Source of the DNA: Hamiltosporidium tvaerminnensis FI-OER-3-3
Taxonomy: Eukaryota; Fungi; Microsporidia
Reading direction: 5' to 3'
Assembly: GCA_022605425.2 (NCBI GenBank)
Contig: JAKIMF020000007.1
Coordinates: 1,374,880-1,438,879, forward strand
DNA: 64,000 bases
Shown here in pieces: positions 11,470-26,200 of this stretch (its first letter is position 1; each line of letters opens with the position of its first letter). The notes under the pieces are model-generated. The model saw only the letters and a list, made by a program, of their open reading frames with translations. It did no database searches and was not told the origin of the DNA. The translations under genes were made by a program, and so were the position numbers.

Positions 11470-14400
11470 TTATCATAAATGGATACATGAAAATAGTAGA
11501 CAATTTTAAATATGTAAAAAAATTATAAAGGTTAAAATTTTAATAAATATAAATATACAATTACATTTAAATTTATACAGTACTAACTAAACCAAACTAG
11601 CAGGAAGGTAAAAAATATATAACTGACTAAAAAATTTGCAATGAATTGTAAAAAGTTATAGAATACTAAAACGGAACAAAATATTTTGAATTTGCCCAAA
11701 GAATTCCAGGGAATCTAACCCTAACTTTATACGGTTTTTGAAAACGCAATTTTTCAAAAAAAGTATGTAGAAAAATTCACTTTTTAGTAAAATGTAGACA
11801 AAATTAAAACAATATAAACAATTGGAACTTTTATAGTAACAAATTTTCAAAAAAGTCACTATCAAATTTAAATTGTTTTTAATATTTAAATATTTACAGA
11901 TAGAATAAAGGTATTTTTATTCTCAAATATGTAATTGATCCAAACCCCTTCAGGGGTGGGTGATCACTCTAAGAGATAATCCGAATTAAATCAAATTTCA
12001 AGAACTGAACTAAAAGCTTAAAGAAAAAGACAAGTGATGCCCGTTTTTATTCTGACTAACACACTAACTTTTTATTACACGTTTTTTTACCCAACCTACT
12101 TACTTCCCTCTATCTCCCTTTTTGAAAAATGCACCTTGAAAATGTATCTCTACATACCATAATACTATCCCAATTCATCACATTCTTCTCCCTGTATTAT
12201 TTCAGACCAACTATTTTATAAACATTACCTAGACTTCAGAATCTCTTTATCATGATTCATCTTTAAAGAAAGATTACGAAACATACTAAAAATAATTAAC
12301 TAAACCAATTAAGTTAGTGTTTAAATTTTTTTTTTTGGTTTTGGCTAGCATGGAATAGCAAGTTTAATTTCCTCCGTGACAATCCAATTCAAATTTACAT
12401 ATTAAATTTTTCTTAGTAAAACAATTCTTTTTATTTTTTCTTTATTTTTTTCTTATTTTATATATTACTTTTCTTCCCAATTTAGAAGAGATTCTTACAA
12501 AACATTTTTTTGTTTATTTTATCTACTATAAGTAAATTCACCTTTTTTTTAGAACGCTTTTGAGGTTTACATTCCCTAACTTCACAAAAGGTAAATTATT
12601 ACAAAAAGAAATTTAAATATTTATTAGATTAATATGATTCTAAGAAGCCTTTTCAAATCTAAATTTGTGTATTTTCATAGTATAGAATCTAAGAAAAAAT
12701 ATATTTTTGAAGAAGTAAATTTACAATCAATATAAATTTTGATTTATAAAAACTTTAAGTGGAAAAATATTGGTTAGCAAAGATTAAAATACCGTTATTA
12801 CTTGGATAAAAATTACAGGAAACTACTTTTTATAAAAAAACAAACATGGTTTCATACCGTAGGATAGGGAAAAATTGAAACCCAACTTTTAGATAAGAGA
12901 ATTATCTTTTTTAAATAATTTCTATTTTTTTACCCCAATTTTTTTTCAATAAGAATAAAAAAGTTTGGGAGAAGAAAATAATGCAAGAAAAAAAAGATTG
13001 TAGTTAGAAAAAAAAATTATTGGAGGAAAAAATTTAGGAATAAATCGTGAGAGTAAAATTAGAGTAGAGATGAGCATTGGGTTTTACATCTATTAAAAAA
13101 GTTTTTGGTTAGGGAAAGAAAAATTGTAGTTACGGAAAAAGGATTTTAGCTAGGGAACAGGTATACGAAGGAAGAAAATTAGGTATGTGAAAAGAGAATT
13201 AGTTGGTAATAGGGTTTAGGGAAAGTGAAATCAGGCCGGGGGAAAGGATTTCTAAGGAAAAAGTATTGTTTTTTAAAATTTAAAAAATACTAAGGAAAGT
13301 TAAAATTGGTAGAAGAAGAATCTGTTAATTAGAAAAAAATTGTCAGAATGATAATATTTAGTTGAAATTAATAGAGTTGGGTATGTTATTAAAATTTGTT
13401 TTAAAGCTACAAGTTTTAAAAAAAGAAAATAATTTGAACAGAATAAATAAAAATTACTTTTGTAAAGAAGAATTGTCCTGAAGGGAAACAAGTTTATGGA
13501 AAAAAGAATGTTAGGGCAAAAGAAATTAATTGCGGAAAAAATAAATTTAAAGATAAAATGATTTGGCCAGAAAAATGATGAAGTTATTTAAAATATATTT
13601 AAATATAAAGAAATTAGGGGGGTGAGATTCTGTTATGTAAAAAGAAATCAGGGTAAAAACAATTGGGATAGGGAAATAATAATAGGGTTGAAGAAAAACG
13701 TTTGGTTTCGGGGATTAAGAAAAAGGGTAGGGAAAGCTTGTTAGGAGTGGTATGAAATTAATTAGTTGAGTGAAAAAAGTTTTTGCTATTTTTTAAAAAG
13801 AGTTTGGTTTTTAGAAGTATTTGATTCTGCATATGCTCAATAAAATATTGTTGAGCAACAGTTTAAAAATTCTGATTGCGGTTAATTGAAAAAGGTATGT
13901 CTAATTACAAATAAATTCCTTCTTTCATTAATATTTAGCTGCTTTTAAATTTATTTTAATTTTCGTTTGAGGAATTCTTTTTTAAAACATAAATATATTT
14001 GGTTCCAAGGTATTAAGAGTAGTTTTCACTGGCAATAGTTATGGAATCTGCTAAATTCAAATTATTACATGTAAAAAATCATTTGCTATTAGGACAAAGT
14101 TTTTTTTTAAATTTCAGATGAATAAATTCAATACTTACTTTTTATAGTTGAAAATTTATTTTAATTAAAAATATAAAAAGCAATACATTTACAAGCGTTT
14201 TATTTTTATATTCAAAAGAAATGTCGCTATTTCATGCATAAGGATTTTCAATGTTAAATCAATGTATGAATTTTTACTTACTTTAATAAAAGCAAAAAAA
14301 TCATGAAAAACTTTTAAAAAAAGCGATTTCAATGGGCATTAAGGTATATCTTTATTCTATTTCTATTTATTGTAGATTCGTACTAAATGAAAAACTAAAA

Positions 14401-17400
14401 TTTTCTAAAATCGACCAAAAAATAAAGACTTTTAATTTACTTGAAGAAAAATGAAAGGCTTAATGCAAATCACTCAAATGCAAGTTAAATTTAAAATAAA
14501 TAGTTAATATTTTAGAAAATGTATAAAGCATCCATTACCATTCCAATTAAAAAGTTTTGCTTCTAGTGACCTGGGTGAGCGAAATACTTGAGAAATATAG
14601 TAAAGAAAATAATATTTGCTTAACATGTAGCAGTGAAATACTTGAGAAAGTTAGTTTAGAAAAGCAATAAAGAAATATACGTTTCGATTAACATTACAAT
14701 GTCCTTACTTAAGTTCTGTAACATAGCTAGCAACAAAGTATGTAAAACCTTTAGAAAAATAAAACGAACAAATTTATTTAAATAGAAATGTAAATATATA
14801 AGAATCTACACACATGCAAAATATTATAAAAGACATATTTTTTTAGATTGTGATTGAATTAAAGCACTTAAAAGCATACAATCAAAATTGTAAGATATTG
14901 TAAACAATAAATTAAGGTTGTTCGTAAGATGATTTAAGATTTTTTTGAATAGTATTTTGATATAATTTTATTATATAGGGTATATTTCTTCAAACAACTT
15001 TTCTATCTAAATAGGCAGTGTTGTCAAAGTATTTGGCTCATTGCCTTAAAGTTCTTGTAAATACAATTGATGTTGTTGGTAGGCGTATCTTAGCATTATA
15101 GAGTGATTAAAATCATTCATTTCGAATTCATTGATTTGTAAACAAGATTGATTCTGATTTAGGGCATCTATATTGAAGCAAGTATAGAATTACGTAAATA
15201 AATTTGCATAAGTCTTTCTATGATCCAGCAATTAAGATATATACAGATCCAGCAAATTTAGCCGCAAATATTACAGAGAATTCATATCTGTGAACGGTGG
15301 CATTTGTTATATTTGGCTTCCACTTCAGTACAGTCATAGCTTTTGTAGTTTAAAAGATGAAGAGTTTTTCCTATAGAGCATCCGATATTTCAAACATATT
15401 CTTGAAGCTAATCTGTAGAGGATGCTACAAAATGAAAAACCCTTGCCTATTTATACTTTTGATTTTTTTTACAATCAATGTCACTTAGAATCAAATTTCA
15501 TTTAATTCGTTCTGTATCTTGATAGATATTCTTCCAAAGAAATCTATCTAATTACAATATGAGTTAACTCAAGTCACAATTGTTAATTATACCATCCACT
15601 GTTTACCCTTCTAAACCATTTTAATGTATAACAATACTTATTTAAATTATGTTCTTGGCTTCTTTTAAATCATACTAAGATATTCTATAAGTATATCCCT
15701 ACAATGTAATTTCCTTCATAAATATTTCATATCTGAATTTTTACATTGCCTAAATTTAAATAAAAAAAATTATAAAAATAGTTGTAAAATAAATTAATTT
15801 CGAACAATGTATTATCTAAAAAAAATTTATTGTTTAATACGTATAGAGATATAGTTAAAATAATTGCTACATGGAATCGTCTAAATTATTATTAATAATT
15901 TAAAAAAAAATATTAAAATCTAAATTTGTTAGAATGCATATAATTTGCATAAAGTTTTATCCTTATCAAAAGTATTTTAAAATGGAAAGCTTTGTATAAG
16001 CGAAAATGTATCCACTAAAATTCTAATTTTTTATTTATTGTAAAATTGTGATTATTAGAAAAGGCACATTAGTTTTTAAATACCTTTCAATTAAATATAA
16101 AATGCATAGTATTTCAAACAATAGAAGCATATAGATTTAGGAATGTGAATTCCTTAAACACAAAAAATATTGAGAGAAAAATATTATTAAAAAATATTTG
16201 TTTAAAACAGCATTACCTTTTAATTTTTACAAAATATAAAATATGTTTAATCTTCTAACACAAACCAAAAAAGGATATAAGATAATATATAATACAAAAT
16301 TTCTATTGAGTTCAAACGGCTTACTTAAGCGTTAATAGCTCAAATATTTATGAAGATTTTGTAATAGGAAGAACACATTTAATCAAGAAGAAAACAATTC
16401 AATCATAAAGCCTACACTTCACTCATATATCATGAAGGACAAATGGATTTTCTTAACGTTTAAAAGAAATAGTCGAGCAAATATACAAAAGTAATGTTTT
16501 GTGATATAGAGTAAATAAAATCTATTAATTTTTAAAATTATAACTTATAAATTTCATTATATTAATTTATCTTTTTCTTTATAATATACACTTTACCTCG
16601 AATCTTTTCAAATAGACAAATGCGTCTCATAATTGCGTTATTTGCTTTCGCGTTATTAAAATTTCAGTTAATGATATTGGGTATTTATCTACCAACATAT
16701 TATGAGTGAATTCATTAAATTATTTAGTTAATTTTGACTTCAAACAAGATCAGATGAGTTCTTGGTGACTACACTTTGAACAAGGTAAGTGTAAATAACC
16801 TTAGATATACCATTCCATAATCCGAATCCGCTTGGATAGTTTGAGATAATATATTACAGGTGCTAATATTTAAGTAAAAATATATCAGTTGGTTGTGGCA
16901 GAGGTTCTATTCCTCTAAATTAGTTTAATCTTTATTCATATAAGGAAGAATCAGAAGTTTCAAAATGAAAAAGTACTAATTTACTTGTAAAAGATGCCAC
17001 AACATTTAGAATTGAAGCTCACTTATAGTTTTAGTGATTTTTAATACCTAATTGTCTCTATTTTTAAGTTTTAATTGGAAAAATAATAATTTCGATATAA
17101 TTAGCTATAAATCGACTAACAAACTCATCGAAATTTTATTTTTTAAATTATAATACACGACTTATTGAGTAAAAACAATATGTTTTTTAATCTTTTCATT
17201 TAATATCCTCTTATAAATATATCTAGATATAAAAATGTTATCAATATCTTCTAATTCAGATTTGTATATGTGTTTCTTTATTATGTAAAGAGTTGTTCGT
17301 AGCTGTAAAGCTATAAAAAAATATATATTAAAATATGTGGTATAAAATTAAGTTTATACTGAACTATATTGATCATTCATTCTATCTTTATACAGATTAA

Positions 17401-18830
17401 AATATTACAAAATTATTTTTTAGTTGAATTGTTTTTTTGTGTGAATCCGTATTGTTACAGTGAAAGTTAGGGATCAAAAATACCAAAAAACAGATATCCA
17501 AACCATTTAAGTAATAGTTGTAGAAATTGTATTTAAGCTAGGTAGATAATTCAAAAGCATTCAAATGTACGAATAATTAATGTAAAATCATCCAGAAAAA
17601 TGTAGTTTAATATAAAAGTAATAAAAATAAAATAAAGTTATTAGTTCAAGACATTTTAGTATACTATCCTATTTAGTTTAGGTTAATTCTTTAGCACTTT
17701 GCAGTAAGATAGTATATAATTCTAATAAAAAGAGTTTACAAATTATAAAATAATTTAACATATTTATGAATATAACAATTTAAGTTGGTTCACTCTGGCT
17801 ATATATTATAAAACAAAATATTTATTTATGATATATTGAGAGGAATGAAATATTAAGATATACTGCCTATAAATTGTATTACACATAATAAATTAATCCC
17901 TTTATAAATCTATAAAAATTTAATCCATTTCACAAAAGTTTATAGTATTAATTTTCTCATTAATTCGATTAAAACTTCTATACATGATATTAAAATATCT
18001 TTCACATATACATCTTTCTTTCAAATAGATTTATATTTTTTTTAAGTAACATAAACAATACATTTATAATAGATACCTGGCATTTCAATCAATTTTATAA
18101 AAGGTAAATAATATGAGGTTATATAGAAATCGAAAGTTATCTATAAATTCCATATATGATTAATGTTTCTAACAATATACTGAGAGCTTTCCAAACGATT
18201 TCATAAAATTTAATACGGCCATATTAGCGTTAAACACAGCGTATTATGACCAAGATAAAAAAATCTTATTTTTAGATATTTAGTAAAGGTTTTAATAGTC
18301 CAAATATTCCAAAAAACAATAAATAAACATCCAATACCTCACACTTAAAAACTTCCAATTATGGTAAATTTTATAAGCTTATTAAGGTTAACCCCTTAAA
18401 ATCATATAAAAAGAGAAATTACTTAACTATATATTCTAATGTAACATAGTGATGTGATTAAACTAATTTTTAGATAAATGAATATAAAATTGACATTAAA
18501 TTTATAAAAATTCCATAAAAATATAATAACATAATACATTATTAAAGAAAAAATAGTACATTTTGAAAAAATTCAACATTATAAGAGCTAGAATAGTTTA
18601 TTTGTAGAAAAACGCTTACATAAGTGACCATTTAACTTAGCAAATAAATAACAAAAGAATGATCTAAAAAAATGTAACCACATTTAAAAAGTAGATTAAG
18701 GGTAAGCAAAATGAATTTAAGTAAAACAAGTATGTACAACAAGAAATTTTAAATGTAGTAAAAAGAAGAAAAATAATTACAAAAACATAAAATATATCAG
18801 TTAAAAAAACTTAAAAAGGAAACGAAGCTA
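11470..18830. repeat. Segmental duplication A, copy 1 (cassette 1)
   Basis: Colinear with ~42085-49480 (offset ~30.6 kb). Shared words include GGGTGATCACTCTAAGAGATAAT and TGACCTGGGTGAGCGAAATACTTGAGAAATATAG. Many 1-nt indels between copies. Confidence 0.92.
18156..18295 (+). pseudogene. Frameshifted microprotein paralogue
   Basis: MINVSNNILRAF, then a 1-nt deletion; NTAYYDQDKKILFLDI* in the shifted frame. Confidence 0.45.
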
Positions 18831-21800
18831 AATAAAATTTAAAAAATAAACAAGTATTAAAATTTAAAGAAAAAATGGCTGATTTAATTAAAAGAAACCA
18901 TATTTGATAATTATAAAGATTTCTGGTCCCTTTTCCGGATTTTTCATGTATATAGTCTTATTTGTTTTTATATTTTCTTTTCATATTTTAGAATCTTCAA
19001 TTCGACTATAAGTACCTATATCGACTAAAAACGATAATTTTTGAGTACAGAAATTTACAAAAAGCACCTAGAAATTTTATTATACATACAATATCTAATT
19101 ATTAAAGAATTATTCATTATATTCAAAGTAATTTTCGGTATTAAAACATATATCTTGTAAAATATTTTCAAAAATTTTGGAATAGCCTACACACTATATA
19201 CGAGATAAGATGTACACAATGAAAAAAAAATATTTATGAAATAATGTTCTTAAAAACGGGAAAAGTTTATTAACAACCTCAATATTGTTTCCTTATTAGA
19301 TAATTTCTTGTATTTTTGCTGTTTTTTGACTATTTAAAAATTTTATTTTGTCATCGATAATTCTCGATTTGTTTCATATACTATATACAAATATATCACG
19401 AAAAAAATCAAAAAAAAATTGTAATGAAGATTGCATGACCAAATTTTATACATAATAAACAGTCATATTTTTATAAGCATATTAGTAGAATTTGTATCAA
19501 TTTCTGAGCATTAAATAGTATTTCTTTTTTACACAGTATTTTAAAAATTTTAAAATCTTCAACTCTGATACATTTAACTCTATTAAACAAAATAGAAAAA
19601 ATCAAGCAATAAAAAAAGCTGATAAAAATGACTAAATTTATTCTTAACTATAAATAAATTTTTTTACTAAACATCTGATGTATCTATACCAATTTTTATT
19701 CAACGAAACATCTATTTTTTTAATTATATTTTTTTCCATTTTTCATATCATTCTAACGACTATACATAAAACAAATCGAAAAAATCAATTCATTCGAATT
19801 TAATAGAAAGATATCCTGTAAATTTAAATGAAAGAGAAATATTCTGTTACACTATTCAGAATTTGATAGTTGCGATATTTTCGTAATATAATTCTTAAAT
19901 TTTTTTTAAGAAGATTTTCACCTTTTTTTAAATTTCTTCATTCACAATATACTATGTAGTTTGACAAATTCGAAAAAATTAATTTAGAAATTTACTTTCA
20001 GAATTTCGGAGTTTACACAGAAGCAACCTTTTAGAGTACTGTAAGACTCCTCTATAGATTAATTAAAATTTGTGCATTGAATATATATATTTCGTTGATG
20101 TTTTTTCAATTTTCAAACGCGACATATTTATATGTATATATGCCTAAAAAATTCAAAAAAATTGAAAATTGAAACAAACACACAAAATGACCTAATATTA
20201 TCATAAACCATAATCTAAGTATATAGACGTATTTTTTAAAATATTGAGAGCATTATAATTATTTTAAGGTTTGTTTAGGCAACTTCAATTTTTCATAATT
20301 TTTATCTTTCTTAATATTCATATAAAAGATATACTAAGCAACAATGCAAATAAGTATTAAAAATTTATAAGAAAAACTGCTATATTTTATAGTAAACATA
20401 AAAATAAAATTATTAAAATCACACTTGATGTATTTTTATAGATTCCTATGCGTTGAAGCGTTTATTTTTTAAGAACAGCTTTTTTATATTTTTTAAATCG
20501 TATATACGACTGTACGAAAACTGATTAATGAAATCAAAAAAATTAATAAAAATTGACTAAATTTTTTATTATTTCATTCGGAACTTTATAAATCCATATG
20601 GAATGTTTTTACATTCTTTGGAAATAATTCATATATTTTTTTGGTTTATTTTTAGAATCTTGTAATGGTTTATACAACTATATTGAAACTAATCTAACAG
20701 AATTAAAAAATATAGGTAAATCAAATACAAATTTAAGAATAAATATATTAGGTTAAGAATCTACCTGGTAGTATTTCGAATCATTCTTATTTAAATAAAC
20801 ATAATTGTTTTTTTAATTTGAATTTGTGATAACTTTTAAATAATTGAATATAGTATATAGAAATAAAAAATGATTTTAAAAAATTCAGTCTAAAAGTTAC
20901 ATAGAATATTAGAAATTTAACATAAACATAACATTAATGATATCCTAAGAACATTTATTATATGTGTTCTTTGAGATTATAACTAATGTTTTTTTCTGAA
21001 TTTTTTTTTCTAATTTAAAATCGTTTCCTACAGTATATAGAAAATATTATCGAAAAAAATATGAAAATTTGGAAAATGGAATTACTCAGAAACATTCCTA
21101 AACCTTTCGTAAAATATAATTATATTAGATTATTAAAAGCAGTTCTGTATAATTTTCAAAGAATTTTTATCATTATAGATTTTCTTTTTTTTCCTGGAAT
21201 TTTCATCATCTCGAATCGTCAATACGACTGACTATATAGAAATTATATCGAAAAAAATTACTAAAAATTAGGTAAACAAACTTACACTAAAAACACATAA
21301 TTTCATATTAAACGAACTTTTAAAGTTATTTTAAGAATTTTTAAGCCATTTTAGGTGATTATTAACCATTTAATTTATATATTTCATTTATTTTTTTATT
21401 AATTTTCCGAGTATTTAATACTACTATAGAAAAATATTTGAACCACTTATAAAAAAAATTAGGTAATAAAAATCCGCATAATCATGAATAAATTCCATTT
21501 TAAACAATCTTATTTCATTATTAATAACAGATTCGAAGTATTTTAATAAATTCTTAAGCATTTAATCGAAGCTTTTTTTTAAAATTTTTTTTATTGCTTC
21601 ATAACTGTATACAGCAAATATATCGAATAAAATCGTAAAAAATTAGGTAATAAAAACTTGATAAAACATAGCTATATTTAATTATAAAAAAGGCATGAAA
21701 TATTGTTAAAAACCTATCTGATGTATTTATAACAATTTTAAAGCATTGGATCTCATATCTTTCGAGTCCAAGTTCTTTAAGATTTCTAAAGTGTTTCATA

Positions 21801-23290
21801 TACTATATAAAAATATATTGAACAAAATTAAAAAAATTAAGTGAAAAAATGACATCGAAGATAATCATAATTTTATTTAAAACTAGAAAATTAAATTATT
21901 TATTTAACATCCGAAGTGCTTTATGCAATTTTTATTCAATAAAACATATATTTTTCTAAATTTATTTTTTTTAAAATTTTTGAATTGTCAATTCGACTCA
22001 AGGCGGACACTAGCTTTGAATAAACTCGAAAAAATTATGTACATAAATAACACCGAACATTAAGAAATTTATTTAAGTAAATTAATTTTCACAATTTAGA
22101 TTATTTAAAGCGTTTAGATATGGGATTTTCAATTATTAAATTGTATATTTTTGAACCAATTTGTTTCCGATTTTCAGTCGTTTCATATACTATGAACAAA
22201 AGATTTAAAAAAATACAGTGAAAAAATTTAATGACAAAATTTATAGTAAAAATGACCAAATTAAATCGTAAAGATTATTTTTAATTATTATAAAACCATT
22301 CACTCTATTTACAATAATTTCTAAATATGTAATCTTAAAATTTTATAGCTCGATTTTTTGATAATTTTATAACTTCCATTCGACTATACATAAATGATCG
22401 ACCAAAATCTAAAAAAGTTAAATAGAAAAAAAATTGCATAAAATATAAAGATATACTATATAAAAAAATATTATATTTATTTACACATATCTATTCTATT
22501 ATAATGTATTTACAACCTTAAGATCTAACTATGTTTGAATTATTTTTTACATTTTTCCAAATCGTTTCATACACTATATACATAATATATAAAACAAATT
22601 TAAAAAAAAAATAGGTTAAAAAAAATCCAAAACATATTAAAATTTTAATCTAGACTATAAAAAGTAATTATATTATCCGTCCAAGAGATTTATATTGATT
22701 TTTATCTACTAAAACTTATATATTTTAAAATCATTATAAAATAATTTTGGATTGTCTATACCTATATACTAAACTATATAAAAAAACCGAAAACATAAAA
22801 TAAAAAAAATATACCGGAAACATGGCTAAATGGAATATTAAACATCACCAATTATATTATTATAAACATTTATGTACTATTCTCGTTATTTTTTAAGTAT
22901 TAAATTCTATTTCTTATAAGCTTAACTTTTTCTTAGTTTTAAAGCCTTCAATACAAATATGATAAACATATCGAAAAAAATACGTAACAAAAATTAGTAC
23001 AAAATGGCGATAAATTTTAATATTTACGAAATCCACAAACTAATACAAGATCTTTTATATCCTTTCTATATATTTCAAATAATAATTCATATATTTTTTC
23101 GAATTCGATTTTCGAAATATTAACTTTTTTAATACACTATATAAAAATATTATTGTATTAAAGAAAAAAAAATTAGCTAAAAAATTTACATAAAATATGA
23201 ATGTTTTAATTCTAAACTTTGGAAATAGATAGTATAAAGAACATTTAGAATGCTTTTATGTACTTTTAATGTTACTTGATTATTTTATTG
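18830..23290. repeat. Diverged ~190-bp tandem satellite, array 1 (~23 units)
   Basis: Core like TTT..ATCGTTTCATATACTATATAGAAAATATATCGAACAAAAT..AAAAATTAGGTAA recurs near 19003, 19193, 19380, 19568, 19758, 19951 ... 21231, 21424, 21603, 21802, 21995, 22188, 22383, 22573, 22761, 22955, 23136. Confidence 0.85.
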
Positions 23291-26200
23291 ACTTTTCTTA
23301 ATAAACTTTAAAATATTTCTTAAGGAATAAGGAAAAAGAATAAATGAAAAGAAAATATACTGCAAAAATATCTAAATTATAAAGATTCTAGTTAATTAGA
23401 AATAATATGAAACAATAAAATATATGAATAGAAAACTATATATTTAAAGATAAAAGTCTCTTTGTACTGAATTAAAGAGCTATTTAAAATGTAACAAAAT
23501 AAAACAACGCAAATAGAAAAAAAACAAAAGGAAAAGTCAATATTTAATACAAAGAACAATAATGTAGAAATGTAGACGAAAGTAAAAAGAAATATATAAA
23601 AATAAAAACGTGAAATGACTTAATTTATTTATTTCAAATATAATCCATGCCAATTAATGTAACTTTTATTGTTTTCTTCATACTACTATCTGTTTCCTTA
23701 AATCCGTATTTTAAATTCTATTTCCCTGCTTATTTTCAATCGAAGTATGCTTTCATGTTTGTGCATTCCAAATTATGGAGAGAAATATTATTACCATTGA
23801 TTAGTTTAATTTTTCCGGATCATTAAGTATATATGTAATTTGGATATCATTTATTTTATATTATCTCTATTAAAAACATCTATAGGTCTTTTACATTAAA
23901 AAAAGTATGAATTATAAAAGTAAGAGAAAAAAGCCCCAATGGTTAAACTCAATATTCTTTCCAAGACGAAGGTTTAGTGTTGCATTTACATCGCAGACCC
24001 TTAAAATAAAAAATGCCAAAAACACCTATATATACATAACGAAGCTCCAATTCACTCGTGAAGCTAATACCTATATTCAAATTGATTTTATTGAAGCCAG
24101 GTGTGAATTAACACTTAATATCAATGTATTATACAAAAATCTATATAACCAGAACATAGAATGTAGCACACACTTTTTAAAGTAAAAAAATGATAGAAAG
24201 CCAATTTTATATATTATTTCTAACACGATAATAAATTACTATGTTGATCTAAAATGAAATATGCTAAAAACATATCAAGAAAATTTATAATATGGTTCAC
24301 AGTCATATTTTTAATAATATTTTTCATTTCGACCTGATCAAATAATAGCAGGTTAAAATGTAAAACAAATTCGATCTATTGCGTATAATAATTTTCGAAT
24401 GCTAAATTTAATTTTTTCTAACTATTATACTTGAGATCTTATAAAAATGACGGCGTAAAAGGTTTAGACTGTAAATAAAATTATATAAATTAATTTAAAT
24501 ATTTTACTTTAGTAGAGACAATAAAATCAAAATTATTTCGAATAATATAATAAGAGTAAATTAAAAGCAACCAAAATATGTAACTATAATAGATATTATT
24601 CTTAAAAATGAATTTCTAAAACCAAACTATTTTGATAATGATTTAAAACATATTTTAGTCTTCTGATACATTACCAGAACAATGATGTTTATTTTAAATA
24701 GTGCGATTCTATTTTGCCATTTAAAAAGAAAAATTTTATTCTTTTTTGTATTGTAAGTTTTCCAATTCCACTTTAAATGAAAATCAAAGCATAAAATCCA
24801 AAATTTAAGATTCTGACTTACTATTTCAAGGACCCAATGCGATTCACCTTTTTCTCAATATAACAGTATTTAAAACGAATATTTAACACAGTCTTTAATA
24901 TATAAGCTTAATTCAGCATTGTTTTTAATTCTAAAAAATATTTACTTTATTATAGTTTACAATAGTATTTTCAGACAAATAAAATTCGAGTTATTAAAAA
25001 ATAATTTCCATAAATTTAAATTTCGTATAAAAATAATTTTATCTCGATTAGCATAGTTTTATATTTTTCTGAGATAACTATTAGTCAGCGAAATTAGGAT
25101 TTAATTATCTTACATTTTTATGATGGAATTTAACCATAAAAAAAAATTACTTTTTTTTAGTAGAATTCAGAGTTATACGCATCTAAAACATAAATTATAG
25201 TTTAAATGAATAAATTTACGTTTAAATCTTATTAGAACAAACATTTACATATAAATATCAAAAAATTGCATCAAGGTTCTGAAAAAAAATATTCCTTGTA
25301 ACATCAGTAAAAATAACCCAAAAAAGAAATTACTAAACAAAAATAGTAGATTAACTTATTGATCTAGATTGTATGTAAGAATCAAGAGTTTATAGTAGTA
25401 AAGAAAATAAATTTGAGATAACTTTATTATACTTGAAAACAGGTTTAAAAATTTCATTATATTAAGAATTCATTTAAAAAAGCTTTTTTCATAGAATATA
25501 AGAACTGAATGCACATTTTCTTTGGTAATAACAAATTCTAAATTAAAAATTTGATATATCAAGATAATAACGTTTCCTTAATGATAATTAATTTACTGTA
25601 AATAAATTTGAGAAACTAATTAAATATTATGAAAACTATCTATTCTTTACTAAAAAAATTAAGTTGAACCTAATTTTTTAACATATACAATTAGAATATT
25701 TTTTTGTGCAAAATAAAAAGATTTATTGCCTCATAATTCTAAATTTTAAATAAACGGATAAATTATATCTTTAAACTCAAGAATTAGTAAAAAGATTTTA
25801 GTGATACAATAAATCATTCAGTTATCCAATAATCTATTATTATATGAATTAATTTACAAAAATTATAAACTCTTACATTTATTTCTTATATAGCTCGGAT
25901 ATCGTTCTGAGATACATAAATTTATAATAAAAAGCAGTTCTTACACTTATAAATTGTGGGAAATTCTAGTTTATAAAATTTAACTAAAATGATTTGAAAT
26001 ACAAATTTTTGTGGATCAAACTAGATTAGATACAAGAAAAATTGTTAATTAAATTATTTTTTACAGTTAGTATTGATTTTTATGGTGGGTTTACTAATTT
26101 TCATAACTTCTAAAAGCATAGCTTTTTAGTCTATAATTAAAAAAAAAGTTTCAGTTTATTTTTTTAATATGGAATTTTGCACTTATAACAAAATAAAGAA

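Noticed and set aside
11944-11972. Helitron 3' end (hairpin followed by CTAA)
   Set aside because: The next base is G, not T, and paralogue homology continues on both sides
12166-13695. Long inverted repeat between the C-rich and G-rich halves
   Set aside because: The short complementary words (TATCCCAATT/AATTGGGATA and neighbours) are not in nested order
16830-16930. LRR-like words (LDSLR, NLEE*NLCHNQL, LGSLKCINL in paralogues)
   Set aside because: They appear on both strands and in several frames; Leu/Asn-rich matches are expected in AT-rich DNA, so the family cannot be called LRR
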